From contig NC_057719.1 of assembly GCF_004010195.1 (NCBI RefSeq), positions 43,711,685 through 43,775,684 on the forward strand: 64,000 nucleotides of DNA. The letters are read 5' to 3'. The notes under the pieces were generated by a model. That model had not been told where the DNA came from. It ran no database searches and worked only from the letters and a program-made list of their open reading frames with translations. Source of the stretch: Chiloscyllium plagiosum. Its lineage: Eukaryota. Below, one piece after another: positions 25,280 to 37,410 of the stretch. The translations under genes and the position numbers were made by a program. Within the stretch, counting starts at the first letter, position 1. Each line of letters begins with the position of its first letter.

Positions 25280-28200
25280 GCAGGAGCTTCAACAGCAACG
25301 CGGCAGCTTCACAAGCAGCTGCATTGCTGAGATGTGGGAGCTGGCTGATCCCATTGTGAACGGCAGTGTCCAGATCTGCAGCAAGTGCTGGTTGCTGGAA
25401 GAACTCCAGATCAGAATTGATGATCTGGAATCTGAGCTTCAAACACTGTGGCACACCTGGGAGGGGAAGAGTTACCTGGATGCTTTGTTTCAGGAAGCAG
25501 TCACACCCAGTAGATGAAGTAATTCAAATTCAGTTAGTGATCAGGAACAAGGGGGTGTGACTGTAAGTGAGGCAGGTAGGGGGATTCGGAATTCAGGAGT
25601 GGAGCAACCTCAGCTCTTTACCTTGTCTTTTAGTTATGAGATTTTTGCTTCCTGTATGAATGAGGAAAAGGGCTGTGGACATGATGGTGCAGAAGGCCAT
25701 TCAAGAGGAGGGGAGCAAAAAGACAAGTAGTTGTTATAGGGGATTCTATAATTAGGAGGACATATTGTATCCTTTGTGAGCCGTATCTGGAGTCCTGCGT
25801 GGTGTGTTGTCTGCCTGGTGCCAGGGTGCAGGACATCTCCAACCAGCTTGAAAGGATAGTGGAGCGGGAGGGAGAGGATCCAGTTGTTGTGGTCCACATT
25901 GGCACTAACAACATAGGCAAGGCTAGGAAGGAGGACCTGTTTGGGGAGTATCAAGCACGAGGAAGGAAATTGAAGAACAGGTCCTCAAGGGTCATAATCT
26001 CTGGATTACTGGCCGAGCCATGTGCTAATTGGCATAGGGATAAGAAAATTAGGGAAGTAAACATGTGGCAAAGAGATTGGTGTGGGAAAGAGGGATTCCA
26101 TTTCATGGGACAATGGCATCAGTTTTGGAACCAGTGTTCTGGTGAAAAGGATAAATAGGGTGGTCACTAGGACTTTAAACTTGTCAGTTGCAGGGAAAGG
26201 AAAGGAAATGCAACAGGGAGTATGGAGTCAAGTAGAAAGATAAGCAGGTTAGCATGTGTGCAGGGTTTAAGTTCAAGGCAGACCGGGAATGAAGCAAAAA
26301 AGGAAAGCTAACTTAGGACATATTACTAGAGGTGATGGAAATCATGGAAGATAAGAAAATTAGCATTAAGGTGTAAGAAAGCAGATGAATTAACAGCACA
26401 AATCATCATGAATGATTATGATGTGGTAGGCATCGCAGAGACGTAGTTTCAGGGGGTTCAGGACTGGCAGTTAAACATTCAAGGATTTACAACTTATCGA
26501 AAAGACAGGGAGGTGGGCAGGGTTGCCTTGTTAGTTAAGAATGAAATTAAGTCTATTGCACTGAATGCATAGGGTCAGATCATGTGGAGTCTGTGTGGGT
26601 GGAGATGAGGAACCACAAAAGGCGAAAAAAAACCCATAAGGGGAATTATGTACAGACCTCCCAGCAGTGGTCAGGACCAGGGGCACAAGATGCACCAGGA
26701 AATAGATATAGGGCATGTCAGAAAGGCAAGGTCACAATGATCATCGGGGACTTCAATATGCAAATGGACTGGGTGAATAATGTTGCCAGTGGATCCAAAG
26801 AAAGGAAATTCATGGAATGCTTACAGCATGGCTTCAGGAACAACTTGTGATGGAGCCCACAAGGGAGCAGGCTATTCAGGACTTAGTGCTATGTAATGAG
26901 CCAGACTTTATAAGATCTTAAAGTCAGGGAACACTTAGGAGGCCGCAATCTTAATGTGGTGGAGTTTAATCTGCAGTTTGAAAGAGAGAATGCAAAATCG
27001 GATGTAGTGGTGTTACAGTTAAATAAAAGGTAATTATAAGGGCATGAGAGAGGAACTGATGAAAATCGACTGGAAGCAGAGCCTAGTGGGAAAGACAGTA
27101 GGGCAAGAATGGCAGGAGTTTCTGAGTGTCATTGAGGACACAGTACAGAGGAGAGGGAAGGGAAGGGAAGGAGAGGGAAGGGAAGGAAGGAGAGGGAAGG
27201 AGAGGGAAGGAGAGGGAAGGAGAGGGAAGGAGAGGGAAGGAGAGGGAAGGAGAGGGAAGGAGAGGGAAGGAGAGGGAAGGAGAGGGAAGGAGAGGGAAGG
27301 AGAGGGAAGGAGAGGGAAGGAGAGGGAAGGAGAGGGAAGGAGAGGGAAGGAGAGGGAAGGAGAGGGAAGGAGAGGGAAGGAGAGGGAAGGAGAGGGAAGG
27401 AGAGGGAAGGAGAGGGAAGGAGAGGGAAGGAGAGGGAAGGAGAGGGAAGGAGAGGGAAGGAGAGGGAAGGAGAGGGAAGGAGAGGGAAGGAGAGGGAAGG
27501 AGAGGGAAGGAGAGGGAAGGAGAGGGAAGGAGAGGGAAGGAGAGGGAAGGAGAGGGAAGGAGAGGGAAGGAGAGGGAAGGAGAGGGAAGGAGAGGGAAGG
27601 AGAGGGAAGGAGAGGGAAGGAGAGGGAAGGAGAGGGAAGGAGAGGGAAGGAGAGGGAAGGAGAGGGAAGGAGAGGGAAGGAGAGGGAAGGAGAGGGAAGG
27701 AGAGGGAAGGAGAGGGAAGGAGAGGGAAGGAGAGGGAAGGAGAGGGAAGGAGAGGGAAGGAGAGGGAAGGAGAGGGAAGGAGAGGGAAGGAGAGGGAAGG
27801 AGAGGGAAGGAGAGGGAAGGAGAGGGAAGGAGAGGGAAGGAGAGGGAAGGAGAGGGAAGGAGAGGGAAGGAGAGGGAAGGAGAGGGAAGGAGAGGGAAGG
27901 AGAGGGAAGGAGAGGGAAGGAGAGGGAAGGAGAGGGAAGGAGAGGGAAGGAGAGGGAAGGAGAGGGAAGGAGAGGGAAGGAGAGGGAAGGAGAGGGAAGG
28001 AGAGGGAAGGAGAGGGAAGGAGAGGGAAGGAGAGGGAAGGAGAGGGAAGGAGAGGGAAGGAGAGGGAAGGAGAGGGAAGGAGAGGGAAGGAGAGGGAAGG
28101 AGAGGGAAGGAGAGGGAAGGAGAGGGAAGGAGAGGGAAGGAGAGGGAAGGAGAGGGAAGGAGAGGGAAGGAGAGGGAAGGAGAGGGAAGGAGAGGGAAGG

Positions 28201-30136
28201 AGAGGGAAGGAGAGGGAAGGAGAGGGAAGGAGAGGGAAGGAGAGGGAAGGAGAGGGAAGGAGAGGGAAGGAGAGGGAAGGAGAGGGAAGGAGAGGGAAGG
28301 AGAGGGAAGGAGAGGGAAGGAGAGGGAAGGAGAGGGAAGGAGAGGGAAGGAGAGGGAAGGAGAGGGAAGGAGAGGGAAGGAGAGGGAAGGAGAGGGAAGG
28401 AGAGGGAAGGAGAGGGAAGGGGAAGGAAGGAGAGGGAAGGAGAGGGAAGGAGAGGGAAGGGAAGGGATCTAATATGAGTGTAAGCTAGCCAGTAATACTA
28501 GAAATGATATTAAAAGTTTCTTTCAATACTTAAAAAACAAACAAGAGGCAAAAGTAGAAATTGGGCCGCTCCAGATTGATAAAGGAAGGCGAGTGATGGG
28601 AGATAATGAAATAGCTGAAGAACTTAATAAATACTGTGTCAGTCTTCACAGTGGAAGACATGAGTAATATCCCAACAAGGAGTGTCAAGGGGCAGAGTTG
28701 ATATGTAGCCATTACAAAAGAGAAAGTGCTAGAAAAGCTAAAAATGTCTAAAGATTGATAAATTTCCTGACCCCAATGGGCTATATCTTAAGAGTTCTGA
28801 GGGAGGTGGCTGAAGAAATAGCAGAGGCATTGGTTGTGATCTTTCAAATATCACTGGAGTCAGGGAAAGTCCCAGAAGATTGAAAAATCGCTTTTATAAC
28901 CCCCTTGTTCAAGAAAGGATCAAGACAAAAGATGGAAAATTACAGGCCGATTAGCCTAACCTCAGTTGTAGGTAAATATCTAGAATGTTATCTACCTAGA
29001 CTTCCAAAAGGCTTTTGATAAGGTGCCTCACGGGAGGCTGCTGAGTAAGGGGAGGGCCCCTGGTGTTCGAGGTGAGTTACTGGCATTGATTGAGGATTGG
29101 CTGTCAGACAGAAGGCAGAGAGTTGGGACAAAAAGTTCTTTTTTGGAATGGCAGCTAGTGACAAGTGGTGTCCTGCAAGGATTCAGCGTTAGGGCCACAG
29201 CTGTTCACTTTATATATAAAGGATCTGGATCAAGGGACTGGGGCATACTGGCAAAATGTGCCAAAAATACAAAGTTAGGCAGACAGGCAGGTTATTGTGA
29301 AGAGGGGGGAGGCTGCAAAAAGATTTAGACAGTTTAGGAGAGTGGTCCAAGAAATGGCTGATGAAATTCAATGTGAGCAAATGCGAGGTCTTGCACTTTG
29401 GAAAAAAGAATACAGGCATGGACTATTTTCTGAATGGTGAGAAAATTCATAAAGCCAAAGTACAAAGGGAACTGGGAGCGTTAGTCCAGGATTCTCTAAA
29501 GGTTGACTTGCAGATTGAGTCCATGGTTAAGAAAGCAAATGGAATGTTGTCATTTATCTCAAGAGGGTTGGAATATAAAAGCAGCGATGTGCTACTGAGA
29601 CTTAACCCCATTTAGAATACTGTGTCCAGTTTTGGGTCCCATGCCTCAGGAAGGACATACTGGCACTGGAGTGTGTCCAGCGAAGATTCACATGGATGAT
29701 CCCTAGAATTATAGGCCTAACACACAATGAATGGCTGAGGATCCTGGGATTGTATTCATTAGAGTTTAGAACTTATAAGATAACGCATAGCTTAGAAAGG
29801 GGGGACACTGGAAGATGTTTCCATCAGGTGAGGATACCAGGACCCGTGGGCACAGCCTTAGAATTAGAGGGGGTCAATTTAAAACAGAAATGAGGAGACA
29901 TTTTTTCAGCCAGAGAGTGGTGGGCCTGTGAAATTCATTGCCACAGAGCAGTGGAGGCCAGGACGTTAAATATCTTCAAGGCAGAGATTGATAAATTCTG
30001 AATCTCGCAAAGAATTATGGGATATGGGGAGAGTGCAGGTAAGTGGCATTGAAATGCCCATCAGCCATGATTGAATAGCGGAGTGGACTTGATGGGCTGA
30101 ATAGCCTTACTTCCACTCCTATGTCTTATGGTCTTA
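25280..30136 (+). mobile_element. Near full-length CR1 LINE: ORF1 (zinc finger/leucine zipper plus SGNH esterase) and ORF2 (APE endonuclease plus RT), decayed
   Basis: MWE...CSKC.LLEELQIRIDDLESEL; VVIGDSII, CCLPGARVQDI, VVVHIGTNNI; ESVWVEM, IIGDFN; cttccaaaaggcttttgataaggtg. Ends in a (tatgtct/tatggtct) tail. Internal deletion near 28990. Confidence 0.93.
27147..28467. repeat. (AGAGGGAAGG)n pure-purine decamer array
   Basis: 123 uninterrupted perfect units at 27191-28420 with slightly variant flanks. Confidence 0.98.
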
Positions 30137-31577
30137 AGATCAACCCAGCACAGTTGAAACAAGATGGCACTAAAGAATGGCAACACAGTTCCGTGGTGGT
30201 GGCATGGCAAAGGGGCTTGAAATAGGCACACTGCTTCATGCTGGTGATGGACTCAGTGTCAGGTAAAAGAGCATGGATCATGGCCCATGGCTAAGCACTT
30301 AAGAACTTTTTCTTAAGCTTAAACTTTTAACTTTTTCTTCATTTGCCTACTTTATACCTAACATTTTGCACCTTGGTACCATTAAATCCAAGATAGCGCT
30401 GAAGAAAGGTGACAAAACAGTTTTCATTATACTCTTGTGTCCCTGTACATGAGTACACATGATAATAAAACGTAACACTAAAAAGTTCAAATGCTAAATT
30501 GTATTGCTAGTAATTTAATCAAATACTCCAAGACAGCTGCATTAAGAATGGTTTTTCATAATTGATGCCAGTTTTAAAATATTAAATGCTGCTCAAGACA
30601 CAACACATGAAAGATTCAATTTTAAGCAGAGAATAATGTCACACCCAATAAAGTCTTCACATAATCCACTCAGAATTGAGCAGGAGAAAACAGTTTTGTT
30701 TAGAAAATAGTTAGTGAAAGCCTTACTAATAGTACAAGTTTCTATGCACCCTAAATATAGGGCTTCAATTAAAATCCAATGGCAATTTATGATCTGGATT
30801 TTAATTAATATTTTCACAATTAATGTATTATTCACCCCCATCAGCACTAAATTGATACATTAGAAAAAAAAGACAATAAATGACAAAAGTGCAAACACTT
30901 GGCATATTCACAGCAGGAAATAGTAAATGACTTTCAGACTCATACTTTATGCCACAGTAAATATCTTCCTTGAAAATTGCCAGATGCTGATTATCTTTAA
31001 ATTGCTTTGTTTTCTATTTTTTTTGTTTTGTCATTCATGATTTTGTTTCTCATTTCTACTTTGAAGATTCTGGTGCATATTTAATTTACTTTACTTTTAC
31101 AACACTCAGGAATTATAATTTGTAAAGGATCCCACAAAATCCACCACCATCCCCATAACACAAAGTTCAATTGGAAGGATTATTAACCACAAGTCAACTA
31201 TAATTATAATCATTAATCCTCTGTCTGTTCCATAACTTTCTAGGGATTCATACACTAGGAGGAGGAAAGATGATATGGTGACACTGTACACTAAATGTGT
31301 GAAAAGTCCAATCAATAATCACCCTTCTTAGTTTAAAACCCAAAACTGCATTATTGTTTCCACTGAAATTGAAATGCTGAATTATTTTGTTCATGGAGAA
31401 CATATTAAATCTACAAAAAATACCTGAAAACTACACAAAATGCATATAATACAGCAGTATGTTCGCATTTAAAGTTAGTTTGTGCCAGTGTTTTATCTTA
31501 ATTAAAATGAGTGTAATAACAAGTTAATTACATTTTATGACTCTACATGAAATAGAATACACGCATGTCTGCCATCA

Positions 31578-31780
31578 TGGGTGGCACATTAGCTCAGTGG
31601 TTAGTACTGCTGCCTTGTAGCACCAGGGACCCAGGTTCAATTCCACCCTCAGCTGATTATCTGCACAAAGATGTGCAGGATTAGCCATGGGAAGTAAGGT
31701 GATGAGGTGGGACCAAATGGGATGCTCTTCAGAGGGTTTGTGATGGCTGAATAGCTTGCTTCCACAGTGCAAGGATTCTA
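31578..31780 (+). mobile_element. HE1-like SINE with internal deletion
   Basis: tagctcagtggttagtactgctgcc...ccaggttcaattcc head and ggatgctcttcagaggg...cttccacagtg tail. Confidence 0.75.
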
Positions 31781-32019
31781 TAACTTATTGCAGTCAATTT
31801 AGTTTCAAAAATATGATTGTATGTGGGTAATAGCATGAAATTGAATGAAATTATTCTTGGTTGATATATTAATAGCACAGGGAAATTCCCCATTGCTGAT
31901 GATAATTTAAATTCTGCATGATTTTTCATCAGGTGAATTCCAAAATGCTGAACTATAAATTTGTAAACCTTTTATTCACTAAGTTTCATTGTATAAAATT
32001 TAAAGTTTCTTATTTTCAC

Positions 32020-32110
32020 CTTAGGTAGCTTCCAAAGTAGGCCACAATATTGGCATGCTTACACTCTTTGACCATAAAGATTTCTTGCTGTATAATGGAA
32101 AAGTCATCTC
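32020..32110 (-). CDS. MAP4K5: MAP4K5 coding exon (91 nt): (G)[29 protein letters not shown](S), alphaC helix
   Basis: ttgtcaacag|GAGATGAC...CTACCTAAG|gtgaaa. AG+C from the next exon gives Ser. Confidence 0.96.
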
Positions 32111-32249
32111 CTGTTGACAAGAAAAATGCATGTTAGTATATCACAATACCTCTGCACATTTATCCAAATGCATTCAAGTCACAAACAACAGCTTAGGTTA
32201 CTGCAGCTTTGACAAATTATCCACATTCTTCAAAGCTTTTAGCAAGGTT

Positions 32250-32440
32250 GACCATACCATTTTCAGCCAATGACATTTACCTGGTCATTGTCACATTATT
32301 ATTTGTGGTAGCTTGCTGTATAAAAATTGGCTGTTTAGGTTGCAACATTACAATCAATTATATTTCAAAAGGATTTCATTGATTATAAAGTAGTTTAAAA
32401 TTTCCAGGGGGCTGTCCAAAGTGCCACAAAGAAAATCTTT
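32250..32440 (+). mobile_element. DeuSINE (AmnSINE1/SacSINE1-like) central and 3' domain remnant
   Basis: ctggtcattgtcacattattatttgtggtagcttgctgtataaaaattggctg...caaaaggatttcattgattataaag resembles the recalled Deu-domain consensus. Confidence 0.6.
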
Positions 32441-33422
32441 AAAAAGTCATATCTACTTGGAAAAGGAGTGCTCCCCAAGCTATTACTTCAATCAGAGAGG
32501 ATACTGGAAATTTACCCCATGATTCTAAAAGGATTAACTTTGACATTTCAGAAATTTTACTCCAAACTATACCAATCTGAAAGTTGTGAGGATGGGCAGA
32601 TTAGGATGGAGTCTTTAAGAAATTGGACCTCCCAGGAGTGACACCCGAGCAAGAGTCTCTCCTTAATGCCCGGTTGTTGGTGCAAGAAGCGTAGGAGGCT
32701 GTGAGGCAGCTTCAGAACAGAAAGGCGCCTAGCCTGATGGACTTTCCAGTGAGTTTTATAAGGACTTTTTAAGTATATTGCCAGCCCTGATTCCTAGCAT
32801 GTTTAACGATTCACATAGTTGTGGCCTCCTCTCCACATCTTTGAGAGAGGCAAATATCTCTTATTCTTGAAAAAGGGAAGGCCCCACAGGACTGTGCTTC
32901 CTATAAACCTATTTCACTCCTGAATGTCGATTTTAAAATCCTAACTAAGACTCTGGCTCTCAGGCTAGAAACTGTGTTGCCCTCCATCATCAAGGAGGAT
33001 CAGACGGGGTTTATAAAAGGTTGCAGGTCATCAAACAACATCAGAAGGTTACTTAATATGATCCAAGTATGGCAACAATAATCAGTACAGGCATTAATGA
33101 TCTCTTTTAGACGCTACAAAGGCATTTGACCAGGTTGAGTGGCCATATCCTTTTTTTAATATTTTAAAGTGGTTTGGCTTGGAGAAGGTCTTTGTCAGAT
33201 GGATAGAGGTTTTGTCCCCTCTTGCTGCGGTCCTCATCAATGGTGTGCCATCAAGCAATTTCAATATTCTTAAGGGCAGTCGACAGGGCTATTTAAAACC
33301 AATTTTGCTAATTTATTCGACAGAATCAAAACAAGCTCTTCAAAGATGGGAGGCGCTTCCGATCTCCTGGTTAGGTCGGATAGCCCTCATTAAAATGAAC
33401 ATTCTTCCCCCGTCTGTTGTAT

Positions 33423-33668
33423 TCTATGCAAATGTTTTCTCTGCTTTTTACTAAGCAAACAGTTAGAAGACTGAATGGCTGGTTCAGTTCCTTTACTTGG
33501 TATCACAAAATATCCGGCCATTAGCCCAGTACCCCATCTTTTTGTTATTCTTTTTGTTATTCTTCCCAAAGTGAATCACCTCTATGCAAATGTTTTCTCT
33601 GCTTTTTACTAAGCAAACAGTTAGAAGACTGAATGGCTGGTTCAGTTCCTTTACTTGGTATCACAAAA
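33423..33668. repeat. 88 bp exact direct duplication with 70 bp spacer
   Basis: 33423-33510 is identical to 33581-33668. Confidence 0.95.
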
Positions 33669-35002
33669 GTGACCCCATATGAAATTGATTAAACTGCAGC
33701 TGCCCCACAGACTGGGAGGAGTGGACCTTCCAAATATCGAAAACTATCAATTAATCTGGTTGCTATCTTACATGAATGACTGGGTCCCGGGGGGACTCTC
33801 ACTCACTTTGGCTAGACATTGAAGCATCTTAGGCAAGATGTCCCCTTGCTAGCTTGTTGTTTTTGGACAAAATGAGGACAGTTCAAGAATAGTTATGAAA
33901 ACCGTCAAGGTGTGGAGGGCAATGCGTCAGAGTCAGGGAAATACAGCCAAAACATCATTTTTTTTTTTAAAACCCATAGTTGGTATGCCAGGGATGATGG
34001 GCAGCGAGGGGTGCATCTTGTCTGGGTGACTTATTCAAAGAGGATACACTGATGTATTTTGTTTAGTTGGCTCAGAAATACGAGTTGCCCAATAGGGACC
34101 TCTTCCGGTTTTTTTTCAAATTAGGAATTTCAAAAAGACACCACACTTCTAACTGATTCTTATAGATCTGACATGGGAAAGAGTGTGCTGAGTGCTGAGA
34201 ATATACTTTCTGTCAGCAATGTCTATCACCTATTGGGAGAGGGTCCCTCGGACAAGTCCGAATGGCTGTGTAAGATATGGGAGAGCCAGCTGTACATTGA
34301 GATCTCTTCTGAAGCATGGGACGATATCTGGGAAAACTTGCAACAGGCCCCATACCTCGCAATTGAAGATTCTCCACGGGGTCCACTTGGCTCCAGACCG
34401 CCTTTCAAAATTTAAAGCACGAGTATCTCCAAAGTGTCCCAAATGCAAGATGAGTATGAGTAGGAGTACGCTCACTCATTGTCTCCAGTCCTGCCACAGG
34501 CTGTGGGCATACTGGAGGGCTGAGATAGGCAAAATAGAGAGGGTCTTGGGGACAGAGGTGGAGATAGACCCGGTAGTTCTTCTTCTCGGCCTTGGCGCAC
34601 AAAAAATGCTTTTCAGTATCCTCACTTTTTGTGCAAGAACAAACATTCTGTTAGGGGGAATGTCTGAAAACAACCTGGGGCTGTCGGGCTGGCATAAGCT
34701 AGTCAATGGAAAACATCCCTTTGGACTTTCTTACAGGTATGGTGCACCATAAAACTGAGAAGTTTTATAAGAGGTGGCAGCCCTCTTTGGATTACTTGGG
34801 TACAGATTAATCTGCCACACTAATAAGGGCCTTTATATAGTCATAACTATTATGTTCAATGAATTGGGTATTCGGAGAAGAGGAACTACGAACACATGAA
34901 TATGTATAAATTTATGCTCTCAATAGTCGAGGGCTATTACTTTGCTTTGCTGAGCTGTATTATTATCACTGTCATTTTTTTTTAGTTAGTTATTAGTTTT
35001 TT

Positions 35003-35290
35003 TTAGATTACTTACTGTGGATACAGGCCCTTCGGCCCAACAAGTCCACACCGATCTGCCGAAGCACACCCACCCAGACCCATTCCCCAAAGTTTACCCC
35101 TGCATGGCCAATTCAACTAACCTGCACATTTTTGGACTGTGGGAGGAAACCAGAGCACCTGGAGGAAACCCACCCAGAAATGGGGAGAATGTGCAAACTC
35201 CACACAGTCAGTCGCCTGAGGCGGGAATTGAACCTGGGTCTCTGGCACTGTGAGGCAGCAGTGCTAACCACTGTGCCACCATGCCGCCCG
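35003..35290 (-). mobile_element. HE1-like V-SINE inserted in L1 3' UTR
   Basis: Reverse complement has ggcggcatggtggcacagtggttagcactgctgcctcacag...ggttcaattccc and the V-domain. Confidence 0.9.
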
Positions 35291-35524
35291 TTATTATTCA
35301 TTTATGTAATTAGCAGGGTTTTTTTGTATTGGTTGGAATTGTTTGCTTTGTATTTGTTGTAACATCCAAAACAATTTTCTTCTCTTTTCAATAAAATATA
35401 TTTTTAAAAAGTCATATCTGCAAGCACAATACTGAATACATTCCTGTTCATCACCGTTATAAAAAACAACGATATTATTTATTATTTTAACTTTCCAAAC
35501 ATAGACTGGGACTACCATACTGTT

Positions 35525-36535
35525 AAGGGTTTAGATGGAGTGGAATTCATTAAGTGTGTACAAGAAAAAATTCTGATTCAATATGTGGAAGTACCTACTA
35601 CAGAAGTTGCAAAACTTGACCTACTCTTGGGAAATAAGGCAGAGCAGGTGATTGAGGTGTCAGTGGGGGAGTACTTGGGGGCCAGCGACCATAATTCTAT
35701 TAGTTTTAAAATAGTGATGGAAAAGGATAGACCAGATTCAAAAGTTGAAGTTCTAAATTGGAGGGAGGCTAGTTTTGATGGTATTGGGCAAGAACTTTCA
35801 AAAGCTGATTGGGGGCAGATGTTCACAGGTAAAAGGGATGGCTGGAAAATGGGAAGCCTTCAGAAATGAGATACTGAGAGTCCACAGGCAGTTTATTCCT
35901 GCTAGGGTGAAAGGAAAGGCTGGTAGGTGTAGGGAATGCTGGATGACTAAAGTAATTGAGGGTTTGGTTAAGAAAAAGAAGGAAGCATATGTCAGGAGTA
36001 GATGAGATAGATGGAATGAATCCTAAGAAGAGTATAAAGTAAGGAGTGCAAGGAGATTCCAAAGGGTTTTTACAAATACGTTTAGGACAAAAAAGTAACT
36101 AGGGAGAGAATAGGGCCCCTCAAAGATCAGCAACTTATAGCAGTTTATAAAATCGTGAGAGGCATAGATAGGATAAATAAACAAAGCCTCTTCCCTGGAG
36201 TAGAGAGCGAGAGCGAGAGTGAGACCAGAACTAGAGGACACAGGTTTAGGGTGAGAAGGGAAAGATATAAAAGGGACCTAAGAAGCACCTTTTTCATGCA
36301 GAGGATAGTACGTGTATGGAATGAGCTGCCAGAGGAAGTGGTGGAGGCTAGTACAATTGCAACATTTAAAAGGCATCTGGATGGGTATATGAACAGGAAG
36401 GGTTTGGAGGGATATGGGCCAGGTACTGGCAGGAGGGACTACATTGGGTTGGGATATTTGGTCTGCATGAACGAGTTGGATCGAAGGGTCTGTCTCCGTG
36501 CTGTACATCTCTCTATTTCCACAACTCTATGACAT
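35525..36535 (+). mobile_element. CR1 LINE with large internal deletion (endonuclease joined to 3' end)
   Basis: LDLLLGN...GASDHNSISF, then a jump near 36130 to RGIDRINKQSLFP...RVWNELP and the ctctatgac tail. Confidence 0.9.
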
Positions 36536-37049
36536 AATTTTCAACATCATCATTTTTAATACACTTGTGTTGGCTGCTCATCCCAATCGGAAAACTTTAG
36601 CATTTGCTGTACATATTTCCATCCATTAGGTGTCACTATCTCTCAATTTATCCATGATCTATTCACTGCAAAACTTGTGTACTGTTAGCCATTCTCTTCA
36701 ATTAAACAAGCCTGCTCAAAATACTAAATGTAGATTAAACAGAAGTTATATAGTTTTTTAAAAATTCCAAAAATAGTAAATTAATTTCCTGTTCAAACCA
36801 CAAATGCACAATAATCAATCAAGGTGCTCCCTGAGTGATGGTAAAATTATACTCATCAGCCCTTCAGTTTTTGCTTTAATTGTGGATCTATGGCTTGCTG
36901 CATGAGCAAAACAGCTGATTCCAGACTTCCTCGGTTTCGAAGAAATAAAGAGTAAATGAGCATTCTCTAGGCCAATCCAAACATAGCAATGTGTAAACTA
37001 TTGGACTGCCTCAGACAGAACTAACCAATACATTCACTACTTTACCAAA

Positions 37050-37410
37050 AAAAAAACGTTAAAAATTCAGGTCCATGAACACCCAGGCTTCACTGTACAC
37101 TTTTTAGTGCTAAGCAAATATTAATTAATAAATACTGCCTTCCTTAATCCTTACAGCAACATGCGTCATCTCTCACTCACGTGTATAAATATAATTTGCC
37201 AATCTCTGTCCATTTTGCTAATCCACGCCCAGTTGCCTCCTGTGTTATTATCCTACCTGTTTGCTATTTGCCCAAATTTGGTTTCATCTGGAAATTTTGA
37301 AACATTAATCTTTATTCCAGTATTCAAGTCATAAAACAGTGGTTCTCGCACTGGCTCTTGGGGAACATCACTTCCCATTGGCCTCCAGTCTGAGAAACAA
37401 CCATTTGTCA
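37050..37410 (-). mobile_element. Very old CR1-type RT fragment
   Basis: Reverse strand gatgttccccaagagccagtg and ccagatgaaaccaaatttggg are degenerate VPQGSV and ADDTK motifs. Confidence 0.55.

Larger units (their letters stand above)
32520..35410 (+). mobile_element. L1/Tx1-group LINE, 5'-truncated ORF2 (RT plus C-terminal CCHC-like motif), decayed
   Basis: YKPISLLNVDFKILTKTLALRLETVLPSIIKEDQTGFIKG; WEALPISWLGRIALIKMNILP; CPKCK...LTHCLQSC; AATAAA with A-rich end near 35390-35410. Confidence 0.9.

Noticed and set aside
27044..28477. 477 aa and 448 aa Arg/Gly/Glu/Lys-rich ORFs
   Set aside because: Translation of the stop-free AGAGGGAAGG array; not a gene.
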